From assembly GCA_050575255.1 (NCBI GenBank), contig JBNZDD010013718.1, forward strand, positions 1,000,429 through 1,064,428: a stretch of DNA of 64,000 bases, read 5' to 3'. This stretch comes from Harriotta raleighana. Its lineage: Eukaryota. Positions 24,801-37,043 of this stretch are shown in pieces. The translations under genes were made by a program, and so were the position numbers. The notes beneath the pieces are model-generated. The model saw nothing but the letters and a program-made list of their open reading frames with translations. It did no database searches and was not told the DNA's origin. Position 1 is the first letter of the stretch. Each line of letters begins with the position of its first letter.

Positions 24801-26085
24801 ATGAAATACACAGTCACTGCACTTTACAGTATATCCTCTGAAGCTGTCCTCCTGAAATGCGTGAAACAACATCAAACAACTAAATTACATTTGTATAGCA
24901 CCTTTCACGTCAGGAGGACGTGAAAGGCATTGAAAGGCTCTGTATCAAATATAAGTATTATTGTTCATATTGTTACCTGCAGGAAGAAAAGAGGAAATGT
25001 AAGGGTTATACAGTAATTCTTTTCCTATAAATTGTCAGGAAGACGTTACACAGTGCTTCACAGAGTTTATTGTGAAGTATTGTGACTGTATATTTTGTAG
25101 GCAGCCAAATTGACCCTGTAACAGCCAATTTTCCATTGCGTGGATTAAGGCAAAGAATTGTGCCTTTCCAGCCTTTAGTTGTTTATCAGCCCACGCCCTT
25201 TCTTCCCTTTGTTCTTCTTCCCTTTTATCACTGCAGGTGGCAAAGCTCTGTGCCTTGGGCACGTCTAGTTGGGCTGTTACCCAAATTACCAGAAAAGGAC
25301 TTTATTGTTTCCTGAGGGAGAGATTTCCGTCACCGTTTAAGCAGCACGACTCCGAGCCGAATCCTATGGACACTAGAGAGTCCATTTCGCCAACAATCCA
25401 TCTACATAAGAGGTTTACAAGAAACTGGAATAGCTGCAACATCCTGTTGCTTGTGTCTTATCAGCCTTTGACGCGTTTGCTTTAAATAATGGACACAGCC
25501 GACCACTTCAGCGAGGTGAGGGGTTATTGAAGCTGGCAGCCAGAGCGAGTTGAGTTAACATCCATCCGTCAGCGGAGATTGTTACGAACCAGAGTTGCTC
25601 CAATGACTGTTAATTCTCCTCCCAGATTTCTGAGTGGCCGAACCCACCTTAGCGAAATTATTTTTTCCCCCAAAATAAAAAGCACTGAGAGAAGGATAGA
25701 CAATCCCAGGAGGACTTTGGTTCAGTTAACCATCAGTTTTATGTTATAATAATCCTTGCATTTGATACAGCGCTTTTCAAATCTTCTAGAATACACTGTA
25801 AAGTGAATTGACTGTATATTTGTGGGAGAAACGCAGCAGCCAATTGTGCACTGTAATTGTAATACTTACCGGAATCTGTGCAATGTGACAAGTTACGTGA
25901 CAAGTGAGGCAGAGAGGCAAGCCAAGTGCTGTCCCTTCTTAACATTTTGCATGGGAAGCAGCTGGGATATTGACAGCACAGCGTTTTGTGTAGTGATGAG
26001 TTAAAGCAGGGTTGAGTTATCCGGCTTTTATTACATGTGAATATCTTTGTGGATCCCAGCTGGAATTCCCAGATCTGATCTGATT

Positions 26086-26430
26086 GTGGAGCTCCTGTAG
26101 CTCAGTAGAGCGTTCGCCTTACCCTTTTGCAGAGCACACTCGCCTTACAAGTGTGAGAACTGTGTTCAAATCCAGGCAATTCAGGGCGAAACCTTGGGCA
26201 AGTTTCCTTACTCCACCCGCCTAATAATAATCCATCCAAAAAAAACCACAATAATAAAAATTGGTCATTTTAATTCCACGACTTTGTGAGTCACTGCTGT
26301 GTGCAATTGGCTGCCACGAATCTCCCACAAATATACAGTCAATTCACTTTACAGTATATTCTGTGAAATGTTTTGAGATGTCGATAACAAGTGAAAAGCG
26401 CTATACCAAATGCAAGGATTATTATTTTTA
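26086..26430 (+). mobile_element. tRNA-derived SINE, full length
   Basis: A box, B box, body gtgcaattggctgcc, tail aaatgcaaggattatt. Confidence 0.85.
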
Positions 26431-27092
26431 TTTTCTGAGAGATCACCGAGATCTTGTGGGGAGTGAGGGTGGGGAGAAGAGGAGGAATAGCATGGCACTA
26501 GACGATGGGGAATAAAAATAATGATAGATCGATAGTGATGGCGATGGGAGATCGGGGCGAATGATAGGCTGCCACACAGGGCAATTGCCTTGAACTTTGC
26601 TCCTAAATACTATTTTTGGCAAATCATATCACGGCGTTAATGTAATGTGACTGTGAATCAGCAGCATATGAGACATCGATAAGATGTGTTATATCAAATG
26701 CAAGGATTAATATTATTATTGTGATACGAGCGAGTGCGTTCTGGGTTGCTGGCAACAGAGATGTCGCAATTGAATTAATGGTGGCGTTTGTGGCTGAACA
26801 GTGAAGCGCTGTGGGCTTTCATAAATCGACCCCATCGATTCTTAGCGTTTCGCCCCTGGCACTGCATTCGGTCTCTTGGCCGGTCGAGAGATATGCGTCA
26901 GATGTGGTGGGTTGCCCAGCTTACTTGATGTGGATGTCCCGCACATTGGGTGATGTATGTTGTTACATGTACACAGTGAATGTGTTTGCTTGCAGTGCAC
27001 AGGATTGAAATGCATCCCCAGAGCACAGTTCGTATGCTTATGAGGCGACGCAAAACTTTTTAACCCTCTCCACGAGTTCACCATCCTCCATT

Positions 27093-27411
27093 TAATAATA
27101 TTAATGATAATCCTTGCATTTGATACAGCGCTTTTCATATCTTATCAATGTCTCTAAGCGCCTCACAGAATATACTGTAAAGTGAATTGACTGTATATTT
27201 GTGGGCGAAACGTGGCAGCCAATTGCGCACAGCAGCGTCCCCCACAAACAGTTGTGGATTGAAATGATCAATTTATTATTATTGTGTGTTTTTTTTTTGG
27301 AGGGATTATTATTAGGCATGTGGAGTAAGGAAACTTGCTCAAGGCTTCGCCCTGATCTGCCTGAATTCGAACACGGGTCTCATGCTTGTAAGGCTCTAAC
27401 CACTGAGCTCC
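27093..27411 (-). mobile_element. tRNA-derived SINE, near full length
   Basis: Reverse complement of the same consensus. Confidence 0.85.
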
Positions 27412-27532
27412 ATTTGAACAAGTTCCTCCTAAACACCTTGTCAGATACACCGCTGTCTGTCTTGCATTCGTATCCTCTTGTTTTGACTAACCAGCCAGTG
27501 GGAACAGCCCGTTGACATCCACCTTATCTAAT

Positions 27533-27617
27533 CCTTTCATGATCTTGAACAGGTATCTTCTCCACAGTCATATCAACCATGACTGTGGAGAAGATACCTG
27601 TTCAAGATCATGAAAGG
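27533..27617. repeat. Perfect inverted repeat: 39-bp arms, 7-nt loop
   Basis: 27533-27571 is the exact reverse complement of 27579-27617. Confidence 0.97.
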
Positions 27618-28726
27618 CCTCAATCGCTCTTTACAGCTGAATGCATCTCACCTTCTCTGTGGTTTCCATTTCAGGGAAATATCTGGAGTGTTCTTGTGTG
27701 TGGGGGGGGGGTGGGGGGAGGGGGAGAAAAAATGTGCTTACGATTCGGAGTTAATCATTCCTTGGTAAAATTATAATTTGCATTTCAATAAAAAAAATTA
27801 CCAAAACATCCAGACAACTGTCAATAATTAAAAGACCTTTTGGCTGTACTGATGTGGGTCACTAATTAGCTCCTGGCTGAGAGATATGAAGCACGGTTGT
27901 GTAGCGTAGCCAATTGACTGTACATTGTATTGAATTATTGTATAACGCAGTACGGTTAGAATTGGCAGGGGTTAACTTTAGCGGAGCAGAGCTTAATGCT
28001 CGTAGAGCCAAAGTGGCACACCAGCAAACACACACACACGACCTGGTAGCATTGAAATTGACTTGTGAGGCCCCCCTCTGGTCGCTTACAGTCAGGAATT
28101 GTTGTGCTATCAAGTTCTCTGTGTGAACGTAGTTATGATGTGGTTAAGGATGTTGCCAGCAATGTGTCCAGTTGTTGACAAATGAGTGCTGTGGTTTTGA
28201 ATGCACAATGTTATCTGACTGGCAGCACATAAAAGCAATCTGAAGCATGCCCTGGTTCACAGCATGTGAACCATTGTATTATCAGTACAGTTATTCTCCA
28301 GTGCTGTTCCCAAATTATTTTTCACATATAGATTGAAGGCAATGACTGAATCATCTGAATATTTTATGAAGCCGCTATTGCCTGTGTGTGTGTTCGGAAC
28401 TTATTTTGTTTGACTTTCTTTTTTTTCTTGTCAATTGCGGATAATTTTCATCCGGGGATTCATAAATTAGAGGGAAACATTTAGCCTTGTGGCACATTAG
28501 TGTTATCAAGATAATCACAAGACTAATTATTCTTCCGTTTGAAATAGAGCTTTGCACATCAGGGGAGGATGTCTCGAAGAGCTTCACGGGATGCATTGTG
28601 AACTGTAGTCCCTGTGTTTTTAATATCTTTAAAAATCTGATCGTTCTCATCCAAAGGAACAGTAGCTCTGATGGTGTAGCGCTCCCCCAGCCTAGATTGG
28701 GAGTTCAAAGCCTCAAAATGGTTCTT

Positions 28727-29012
28727 GTGGAGTCCTGTAGCTCAGTGGTTAGGGCACTCGCCTTGCAAACGAGAGACCTGGATTCAATTCCAGGCAGGGT
28801 GAAACCTTGGGCAAGTTTCCTTACTCCACACGCCTGATGAAAATCCCTCCAAAAATAATAATAAATTGGTCATTTCATTCCACAACTGTGGGACACTGCT
28901 GTGTGCAATTGGCTTATATTCGCTCACAAATATACAGTCAATTCACTTGACAGCATATTCTGTGAAGTGCTTAGAGATATCTAGAGGACGTGAAAAGCGC
29001 TATATCAAATGC
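28727..29012 (+). mobile_element. tRNA-derived SINE, full length
   Basis: GTGGAGTCCTGTAGCTCAGTGGTTAGGGCACTCGCCTTGCAAACGAGAGACCTGGATTCAATTCC head, then body and tail. Confidence 0.88.
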
Positions 29013-29449
29013 ATTTGATATAGCGCATTCAATATATTTATATAGCGCTTTCCACATCTTATCGATGTCTCAAAGCGCTTTACAGAATACGACAACGTCC
29101 CAAAGTAGGGACCAGAGCAGCAGGGGGAGGGGTTGGGGTAGGGGGAAGGAGAGTAGGAAAATTGACTGTATATTTGTGGGTGAAATATACAGCCTCACAC
29201 TCTCTCCTTAGAATCAGTAAGTTGCGGGCTCAATAATAATCCTTGCATTTAATATAGCGCTTATCATGTGTTTGATTGGGTCTGTGTATGTATGTGTGTC
29301 TATGTTTGAGTGTGTGTGTTTGGGTGTGTGTATTGTAACATATTGTACTGTGAAGTGGTAGGGATTGGTCGGTGGGAGGATGTGTCTGTGTGTTTGTTTG
29401 ATTGTGTGCCTGTGTATAAGTGTTGTGTAATATTGCCTGATTCCGTCAC

Positions 29450-29640
29450 TAGCTCACACTTCAGGCTGCTGAAACTCTCATTTATGCCTTCATTACGTCC
29501 AGGCCAAAGCTCTGCTTGACGTACTCCCCAATTCCTCCCTCCAAAGGCTGCAAATCATCCAGATCTCTGAGGCCCGTGTCCTCTACTGCTCCAAGCCTCA
29601 TGACCCCATCTCCCCGACTCTCGCCCGACTCCATTGGCTG
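29450..29640 (+). mobile_element. Old L2 ORF2 fragment
   Basis: Degenerate AFITSR...LQIIQ...LARLHWL text homologous to the 1989-2793 element. Confidence 0.6.
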
Positions 29641-30078
29641 ACACCTGTACATTTTATAGCAGGTTATGTCTCAGGCTGGGGAAAACAAACAAAGTAACTT
29701 CTACTTCTTCTATACGTACAAAAATATCATGGTATCGACCATGTCTTGCCTCTAATGCTATTCCAACAAGTAGGAATTCACAATAGTCAAACATTTGCCC
29801 CATTAAACAGCTTTCGTTCAATTTCTGTATGTATCAGTAGCACCTTGTTTTGTCAGCGGAAAGTTAATGCCAATAAGTGTGGGAAAGATGTAGTCAATCT
29901 GCTAAGGATTTCTGGAATGACTTCAGCAGCGTTTTAGCTTAACTATCTCCTGTGCATTATTCTCAGTTATCTGTCGTATGGTGGTTTTACAGGAAGTTAT
30001 TGGAAATGCACAGGCACCAGTTATCCTGTTCTGCCAAGCTTCGAACTTACTCTTCTTGTCCTCTTTGTCTCTTTACAG

Positions 30079-30137
30079 AGGAGGAGCGGAAGGTGAAAGC
30101 CAACAACCGTGAATACAATGAAAGATTTGAATATGCT
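30079..30137 (+). CDS. ATP8B4: Coding exon 2 (EEERKVKANNREYNERFEYA)
   Basis: ctttacag| acceptor, |gtaagt donor; typical ATP8B N-terminal sequence. Confidence 0.95.
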
Positions 30138-31189
30138 GTAAGTGATGCTACTTACCCGTTCTTGTAAACCAAGAATCGCAAAGTTTGGACGGAGATGTGT
30201 GCAACAGCACCAGAGATGGGTGTTAAGTATTTTTACGACTCATGAAAGTGGGCAGTACTCTGTCCCCTTGGTATTGAGTGAGTTCGGGAAGAGCCTCAGA
30301 AATCCAAGGGCATTGTTAATGGCAGAGCTGCCTGTCTGACAAATTAATTAATGTATCATCGGAAAATATACTTTCCATTCCTGGTTCAACCAGAGTTTCT
30401 TTTCTAGAATCCGCTGTAAAATTTGAAATGGGATTGGATAGCTAAACCCCCAAACAGTACGTCCGATTACACTGAGACAATCAAACTGAGAGGACATAAG
30501 TTTAACAATAATATTCCTTGCATTTGATAGAGCGCTTTTCACAACTTCTGGATCAATCAAAGCTTACATAGATGTCTCAAAGCACTTTGCAGATTATACT
30601 GTAAAGTAAATTGACTATGTATGTGGGCAAAACGCGACAGCCAATTGTGCACAGCAGTGTCCCAACAAAAATTATGGATTGAAATGACCAATTTTTTTTT
30701 GAGGGATTATTATTTGGCGTGTGGTGGAAGGAAACTTGCCCAACATTTCGCCCTGCCTGGAATTTAACCCAGGTCTCTCGCTTATAAGACTGGAACAGGT
30801 CACTAGGAAAGTAGTTAGAACTAAGATCCTGGATTTATTTGAGGGAAAAAAAGCTGGATGTTGGGATGGGAAGATCGTAGTAGATGTTCTTGAAGTGATG
30901 GGATCGAATGGTCTTCAGCATCTGAACCAATCTTGTGATATTTTATCCAAACTATTTTGGTAATGATCTACTGAAAAAGGTGGTTACATGTATATTTTTA
31001 TATTTCCGTAAGTTTCGTAGCCTAAAGAAATTCGAAGGTGACATTTGATCAAAATTGCTGATGGGGCAATTGGGCAATAAATTTCCTTGAAACGTTCTTC
31101 ATATTGATAAACAACATGGGGTGTGAGGAGCGTGGGTTTGGAGGTATTGGGAACATCATTACAGTATGTCTCATTTACCTCTCTATAAA

Positions 31190-31325
31190 TGAAAGGAGGG
31201 ATTTGCGGGATAGTGGGGAGAGAGCTGGGGAGAGGGATTGACTTTGAGTAGGTCTTTTCAAAGAGCTGGCAGAGACTCAATGGGCCGAATGGCCTCATTT
31301 TGTGTGGAAAAATTCTGTGATTCTA
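31190..31325 (+). mobile_element. CR1 LINE 3' UTR fragment
   Basis: atgggccgaatggcctc...attctgtgattcta terminus; similar fragments at 37435-37570 and 53575-53715. Confidence 0.6.
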
Positions 31326-32456
31326 TTAAATGCTTTTTTAAAAAAAGCTCTACACTCGATACTTTCAGGCTGTGTTCGTCCAGTTGCTCTGACTTACTGT
31401 TCCAGCCTTAACCTCCTGTATCCTGATAAGTAGCTTATATATCTCAGTTAAAAAAAAACCCTGTGAGATGTCTCCAGGCTTATGCACTCATTCCTTATTG
31501 GTTCAAAGCCTCTTTCTCTGCCCAGTTGCTCTCCTTTCCACTTGTAGATGCGTTTGTTATCCTGTACAAATTGTTCCATTGAGATTCCCAAATTTCTCTG
31601 AGCCAAAACCACAGTGAATTCTGTAACCTTGAGTTTCAAAGAAAACATTCAAGCAAGCACCCTTTGTTTATGTGAACGCAATCTCTTTTCTCTCAACGCT
31701 GATGTTGATTATACAGTTTTCCTTCCATTCACACACTCTTTTTGCACTTTGAATTGCATTAACCGTGAGATGAGTGAGTGAACATCATATCTTTCTGTGC
31801 ACATTCAGAAAGTCATTTCAATCCACGACTGTTTGTGGGACACTGCTGTGCGCAATTGGCTGCCTTGTTTCGCCCACAAATATACAATCAATTCACTTTA
31901 CAATATATTTCTGTGAAGCGATTTGTGACATCTAGAAAATGTAAAATGCGCTATATCAAATGCAAGGATTATTTATTATTATTTTTAAGGGGATGAGTGA
32001 ACTATTGCAAACACAGGAATCTCTCGCAATATCTTGCTGGATCCGTTGCAAAGCTAGAAATTCTAATGACAACGAATATTTTATAAACTGGGGAGAGAGC
32101 TGAAGGGCATAGTTTAACCTTGAGGATCAGGTTGTTTTATATTGTGTTTAAAATACCAGGAGCAAAGAGTCTAGTGATGCTCTCCCTGTCTACATCGCAC
32201 CAGTGAGTTCTCTTCAAGAGTTCCTGAATTTCCTGAGCGTCCACAGAGGAGTGGTTCTAGTGTGACTCACTGTGGCTGATGTTACACTGGGGCTGTTCCT
32301 CGAGGCTTCTCCTTTAATATTATGATAGTAATAATCCTTGCATTTGATTCCACGCCCTATCACGTTGAGGCACCTCAACGTTACCTGCAAAGTGTCGTGA
32401 CTGCGTTTTTTGCAAGCCTGTAAATACACAGTTGATTGTGTTGACAGTTGTCACAG

Positions 32457-32559
32457 AACAACAGTACCAAAGGCTTCCGGGTACACAGTGATCAAGTTTC
32501 TGCCCGTGGGCAATTTCAAACGGTTGCAAATGCGCTTTCTATTCCTGCTGATTGTACAG
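32457..32559 (+). pseudogene. Decayed tandem duplicate (pseudoexon) of coding exon 3
   Basis: Aligns end to end with 33460-33573 with +1, -10 and -2 indels (103 vs 114 nt); cacag acceptor and CAG|gt donor retained. Confidence 0.85.
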
Positions 32560-33049
32560 GTCCGTCCGCCTTGTCAGGGAGTGAGGACTCCAGCCAAACA
32601 TTGTGCTTTTTGCATCGTGGCTCACTTGCATGGTGATGAATTGCCAAGTGTGCCGCACAAACACAGCATTCAAACCAGTAAACCATTTACGGTGCACTTT
32701 GGGACCCTTTAAATACATTACAACCCTATAATTCATCCCCAGATACCACTCACTGCAACCACAGCATAACAACAGCCATTTACGGTGGCTGTAGTGCTTC
32801 GAGGCATCTTCGACGGGATGATGTCTTCAAAGCCCTGCACATCTTTAGGGTTAGGGTCGCAGAGCCTGAGCTGTGGGGAGTGGGGGAGAGGGAGGGAAAT
32901 AAATCACAGTCGAATAGATAGGTTGTCATCAACAAGTTTCCAGATAAAACTGGGCATTTAGTTCATGGCTACTTGTGATACAGTGCACAAATTATAACAG
33001 TATAAATTGCTTTTCCAATGTCTTGATGGTGGGGTGTATAAATCCTATA

Positions 33050-33364
33050 AATAATAATAATAATAACCTTTGCATTTGATAGAGCGCTTTTCAGGTCTTT
33101 TCTAGATGTCTCAAAGGGCTTCACAGAATGGAGTGTAAAGTGAAATGACTATATATTTGTGGGTGAAACATGTCAGCAGTGTCCCACAAACAGTCGTGGA
33201 TTGAAAATGACCAATTTATTATAGTTTTTTTTTGCACTGATTATTATCAGGCATATAGAGTAAGGAAACTTGCCCAAGGTTTCGCCCTGACCTGCCTGGT
33301 TTCGAAACACAGGTCTCATGTATGTAAGGCTAGTGCTCTAACCACTGAGTTACAGGAGCTCCAC
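33050..33364 (-). mobile_element. tRNA-derived SINE, full length
   Basis: Reverse complement of the consensus, ending about 95 nt upstream of exon 3. Confidence 0.85.
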
Positions 33365-33459
33365 GGACTTCAAGAATTATTCTTGTTTTTAATTTCCAGC
33401 CAGTGAACGACAGCAATTTCTGCACACGCTAAACACTTCCCTCTTCTTTCTTTTCACAG

Positions 33460-33573
33460 AATAACCGCATCAACACTTCCAAATACAACGTGATCACGTT
33501 TCTGCCTATTAACTTGTTCGAGCAATTCCAACGGGTTGCAAACGCTTACTTTCTATTCCTGCTGATTTTACAG
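33460..33573 (+). CDS. ATP8B4: Coding exon 3 ([38 protein letters not shown]), TM1
   Basis: ttttcacag| and |gtaggc; 114 nt, phase 0-0. Confidence 0.96.
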
Positions 33574-33807
33574 GTAGGCCTTGAAAGGCTAAAGCCAAGT
33601 TTGACTCTGGGAGCTTTGTTTTTCTTTTGCTGATTAAATTCCTTGCTGAATAAATTGTTTGCCAAATAAAACAGCCGCTCAAACTGTTAAATTATTCCTT
33701 TCACTATTGAACTATAAATTTGGGGATTCTATCTCTAGGGCACATAGTTTTGGGCCTTTAACCTCTCCAGTTTCACCAGGGCGTGTGATCGCTCAAATAA
33801 TATAACT

Positions 33808-34205
33808 ACAACAACAACACCAACAACTTGAATTTATATAGCGCCCTCCACGCCAGGCGGAGTCTCAGAGCTCTTCACAAAGCGGGTCCCAGGGCCAAGC
33901 CAGGGGGAAGGGAGAAAGGTGATCAAAAGCGCGGTCGAAAAGAAAAATCTTCAGGCATGACCTAAATATAGGCAAGGAGGAGGCGAGGCGAAGGGAGTGA
34001 GGGAGCCTCGGGGCGTAGCTGACGGTGGAGGATTCAGGGGACAAGGAGGAGGCTGGACCCAGTAGAACGAAGGTACTGTTGTGAGGAGAGAGGAGAGCAG
34101 AGAGTTAGGGGAGTGCAGAGGAGTGGAGGGATTTGAAAACAAGCGTGAGGATCTTGAAATTGATCCGTTCTGAGACAGGAAGCCAGTGAACTCTGGTAAG
34201 GACTG
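33808..34205 (-). mobile_element. Degenerate L2 LINE 3' fragment
   Basis: (AAC)n tail, ttgaatttatatagcgcc terminus, purine-rich L2 body. Confidence 0.6.
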
Positions 34206-34438
34206 GATTAATTGGGGAGGGAAATTACATTTGTATGACGCCTTTAACATCAGGAGGACATCCTAAGGCACTGATTGTATGGTAGGGAGGGTATGTATGC
34301 ATATTTACATCTTGTGCTGCAAAGACCCGTGAATTATCTTACACCAGCACACCAGTTACACCAGTTTTACACCAGCAACATGTGCAGCTCAGGGATTGTG
34401 TCAGTTCGGACTCTCATTGAGCACCTTTCCATTTCCAG

Positions 34439-34537
34439 CTGATCCCTCACATTTCATCCCTGTCCTGGTTCACAACGATAGTGCCTTTAGTGTTGGTGTT
34501 GACTATCACAGCAGTCAAGGATGCAACAGACGATTTT
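34439..34537 (+). CDS. ATP8B4: Coding exon 4 ([33 protein letters not shown]), TM2
   Basis: tttccag| and |gtaagt; 99 nt. Confidence 0.96.
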
Positions 34538-34704
34538 GTAAGTATTGAGTGATTCTGGAGCTTGAAATTCAAGCTGTGTGAGCCAACCGCCTTCTGATAA
34601 AGTCCGTTTAATTATTTTGTCGATCCCGAACACAAGTCGCTGTTGTTATTGATGCTGTTGTTTTTCCTCTGCAAACTCTCCAATTATTTTTCTGATGTTC
34701 CCAG

Positions 34705-34766
34705 TTTCGATACAAGAGTGACAACCAAGTCAACAATCGAATTTCTCAGGTGCTGATAGGTGGCAA
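34705..34766 (+). CDS. ATP8B4: Coding exon 5 (FRYKSDNQVNNRISQVLIGG)
   Basis: ttcccag| and |gtaagt; 62 nt, phase 0-2. Confidence 0.95.
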
Positions 34767-36454
34767 GTAAGTGCGATCTCCTCTTTGCTGTCCGTGCATC
34801 CTAGAGATAAGTAACGGTATTCAGAAGCGCATTTCCCAAAGCCACCAGTGATCCCTCGAATGCTGTCGAGAACACCTTCGTATTTTAGGAGCAACACTTT
34901 TGATGGCTTAGGACGTACCTCCCAGCAAGTGGACATGCAAATGCAGTTTCATCATTCTTTTTTTTTAATCAATCAGAGCTGCTGCAGACGACACGAAAAC
35001 CCTGACAAAAACATAATCTAATACAATGAAAATAATGCACTTAGAGGCAGTTGATTTTTCAAGCTTTAATCGCAGAGAGCTCCAGACTCGTGTTATCTTG
35101 TACCAAAACAGTGCTGTTGTGTAGCAGAACCTGTACTAAAAGGCGCCCCTTTTTATCGAGCGAGATATCCTTTTGACATTTGCGTGCAGCTTTCCAATGA
35201 CCCAATAATTCGAAGCAATCTTTTCACTGGAAAATGTATTCAATTAACCCATTTTTTTTTTAACGCATAGTTACCGACTGGCAGAAAGTTACCATGGCAC
35301 CAGTGATTCTGCACAAAATATTGCTCGTACATCAAGTTCAGTCACAATCTTGGACCCTGGCCTTGTAAAGCAAATACAATGCTAGGAAAGATGTGACATA
35401 AGTGCCTTTTGTGAGAGGCTTGTAAAGAAAACAACGCATTGTTTAGTTTTATAGTAGTGAGGAACATAAACTGCGCATGTTACATTAACAGGTCATTACA
35501 TATAATTGAGTGCAGTCATGTTGATGGCTTCGGACTACAATCTATAGTGAACCATGAATATTTATGATGGCTTTTTTGGGCACGTGTGTGTGTGAGTATG
35601 TGTATATGTGAAAAAAAGTTCAGTGGTGTTTCTGTGAAATAGTTACTACATTTCACAGCGATGGCGTTACCTCACATTCTCATTACTGACACTGTTTGCT
35701 CAGTTGAAATTGCTCTTGGCTTTGTGGTTGGGCATTCTCTTACACTTGGCTTTCATCATACAACAGTAACCTAGGCAACACTCGCTCCCTCTCCAGGTAC
35801 TCTGCTCATGATCATCATCGGAACATAAATGTACTGTTAAACCTATTTAATTTCCCTGCTTCTTTTTCTCCTTCAGATCTTCCCCTTCTCCCTATCCCCC
35901 GCCCCTTCCCCCCAACTCCCCCCTCCATCCCCATCCGTCTCCTCTTCTTACCTGATGGCATTTCCTTCTGCTATGGTACAATTCCAACAAGTCCAACCTA
36001 TTTACGAGCCTTCCGACAGTAAAAGTTGGCAGGCTGTTTGACCAGAGGGAGCCATCAGCAATGAGCTCCCACCAATCCTTGCACGACCTCTATTTTCGGT
36101 CAGCTGAGTGTCTGACACACATGGAAAACCATCACCATGCTTAAGAGTATCCACAACAGAATTAGGATTGTACCCAACTCGGAATTTTTTTCCCACCTCA
36201 ATCGTTAATTCATACTATAAATAGAACAATGCCCCCAAGGGTTAAAATGTTTGCCCAGTGAGTTATTGGAAATACTTGCTCATGAACGCCAGTTGGCTTC
36301 ATCAGTGATTTATTATGGATATGCTGCTCAGGGGAACCTGTTTAGCTAAAGGAGAAGGAAACGCTAAAATGAGCCCGGAGGTTTGTAGGAGCTCTGATAA
36401 ATTACAATTACTGGGTGAATTAATAAGGGAATTCATATTTCTGTGTGTATCTGT

Positions 36455-36880
36455 GGTGTCAGCCTGGCTCAGTTGGTATTGCTCTCACCTCGGAGTTGTG
36501 AGTTCAGGAATTTTGAGCTCAGTGTCTAGACTGAAACTTCACGGCATTCCTAGGGAGGGGGCTGCATTGTTGGGGATGCAATCCTTCAGATGAGATATTA
36601 AACCGAGATTCATGTCAATGCCTGTTGAGGTGGACGTTACAAATCGCATGGCGCTGTGCAAAAAAGAAAAGGGAATTTCACCCGATATCCTGGCCAACAA
36701 TCCTCCAGATAAATTTAGTCATTCACTTCATGGCAGTTTTTAAGGACATCATTTTGTAACCCTAACCCCAATTTTTGTGTACAATTAACTACACTTTCCA
36801 GTAAAAAAAATTGTGCTGGGCTTTCAGACTCTTCCCAACGCAAAAGGTGCTTAATCGGATACAAGGAATGTTATTTGTTT
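36455..36880 (+). mobile_element. Old DeuSINE-type copy with tRNA-like head
   Basis: tcagcctggctcagttggta head; cttcagatgagatattaaaccgag...aggtggacgttacaaatcgcatggc core. Confidence 0.65.
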
Positions 36881-36970
36881 GGGGTTCTGATGTGACATCT
36901 GGGATGCGAAGAAATAAACTGTGATCAAACTGTGATTATTTCCTCCTCCTTTGTTCAACTTTCTCCATAG

Positions 36971-37043
36971 GTTGCAGAATAAGAAATGGATGAACGTTCG
37001 CGTGGGAGACATTATCAAATTGGAAAACAATCAATTTGTGGCT
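36971..37043 (+). CDS. ATP8B4: Coding exon 6 (LQNKKWMNVRVGDIIKLENNQFVA), A domain
   Basis: ctccatag| and |gtacgt; VGDII motif. Confidence 0.95.

Noticed and set aside
29656-29690. ATG TCT CAG GCT GGG GAA AAC AAA CAA A|gtaact as another phase-1 start exon
   Set aside because: Weak donor, adjacent to an L2 relic, and no supporting similarity.
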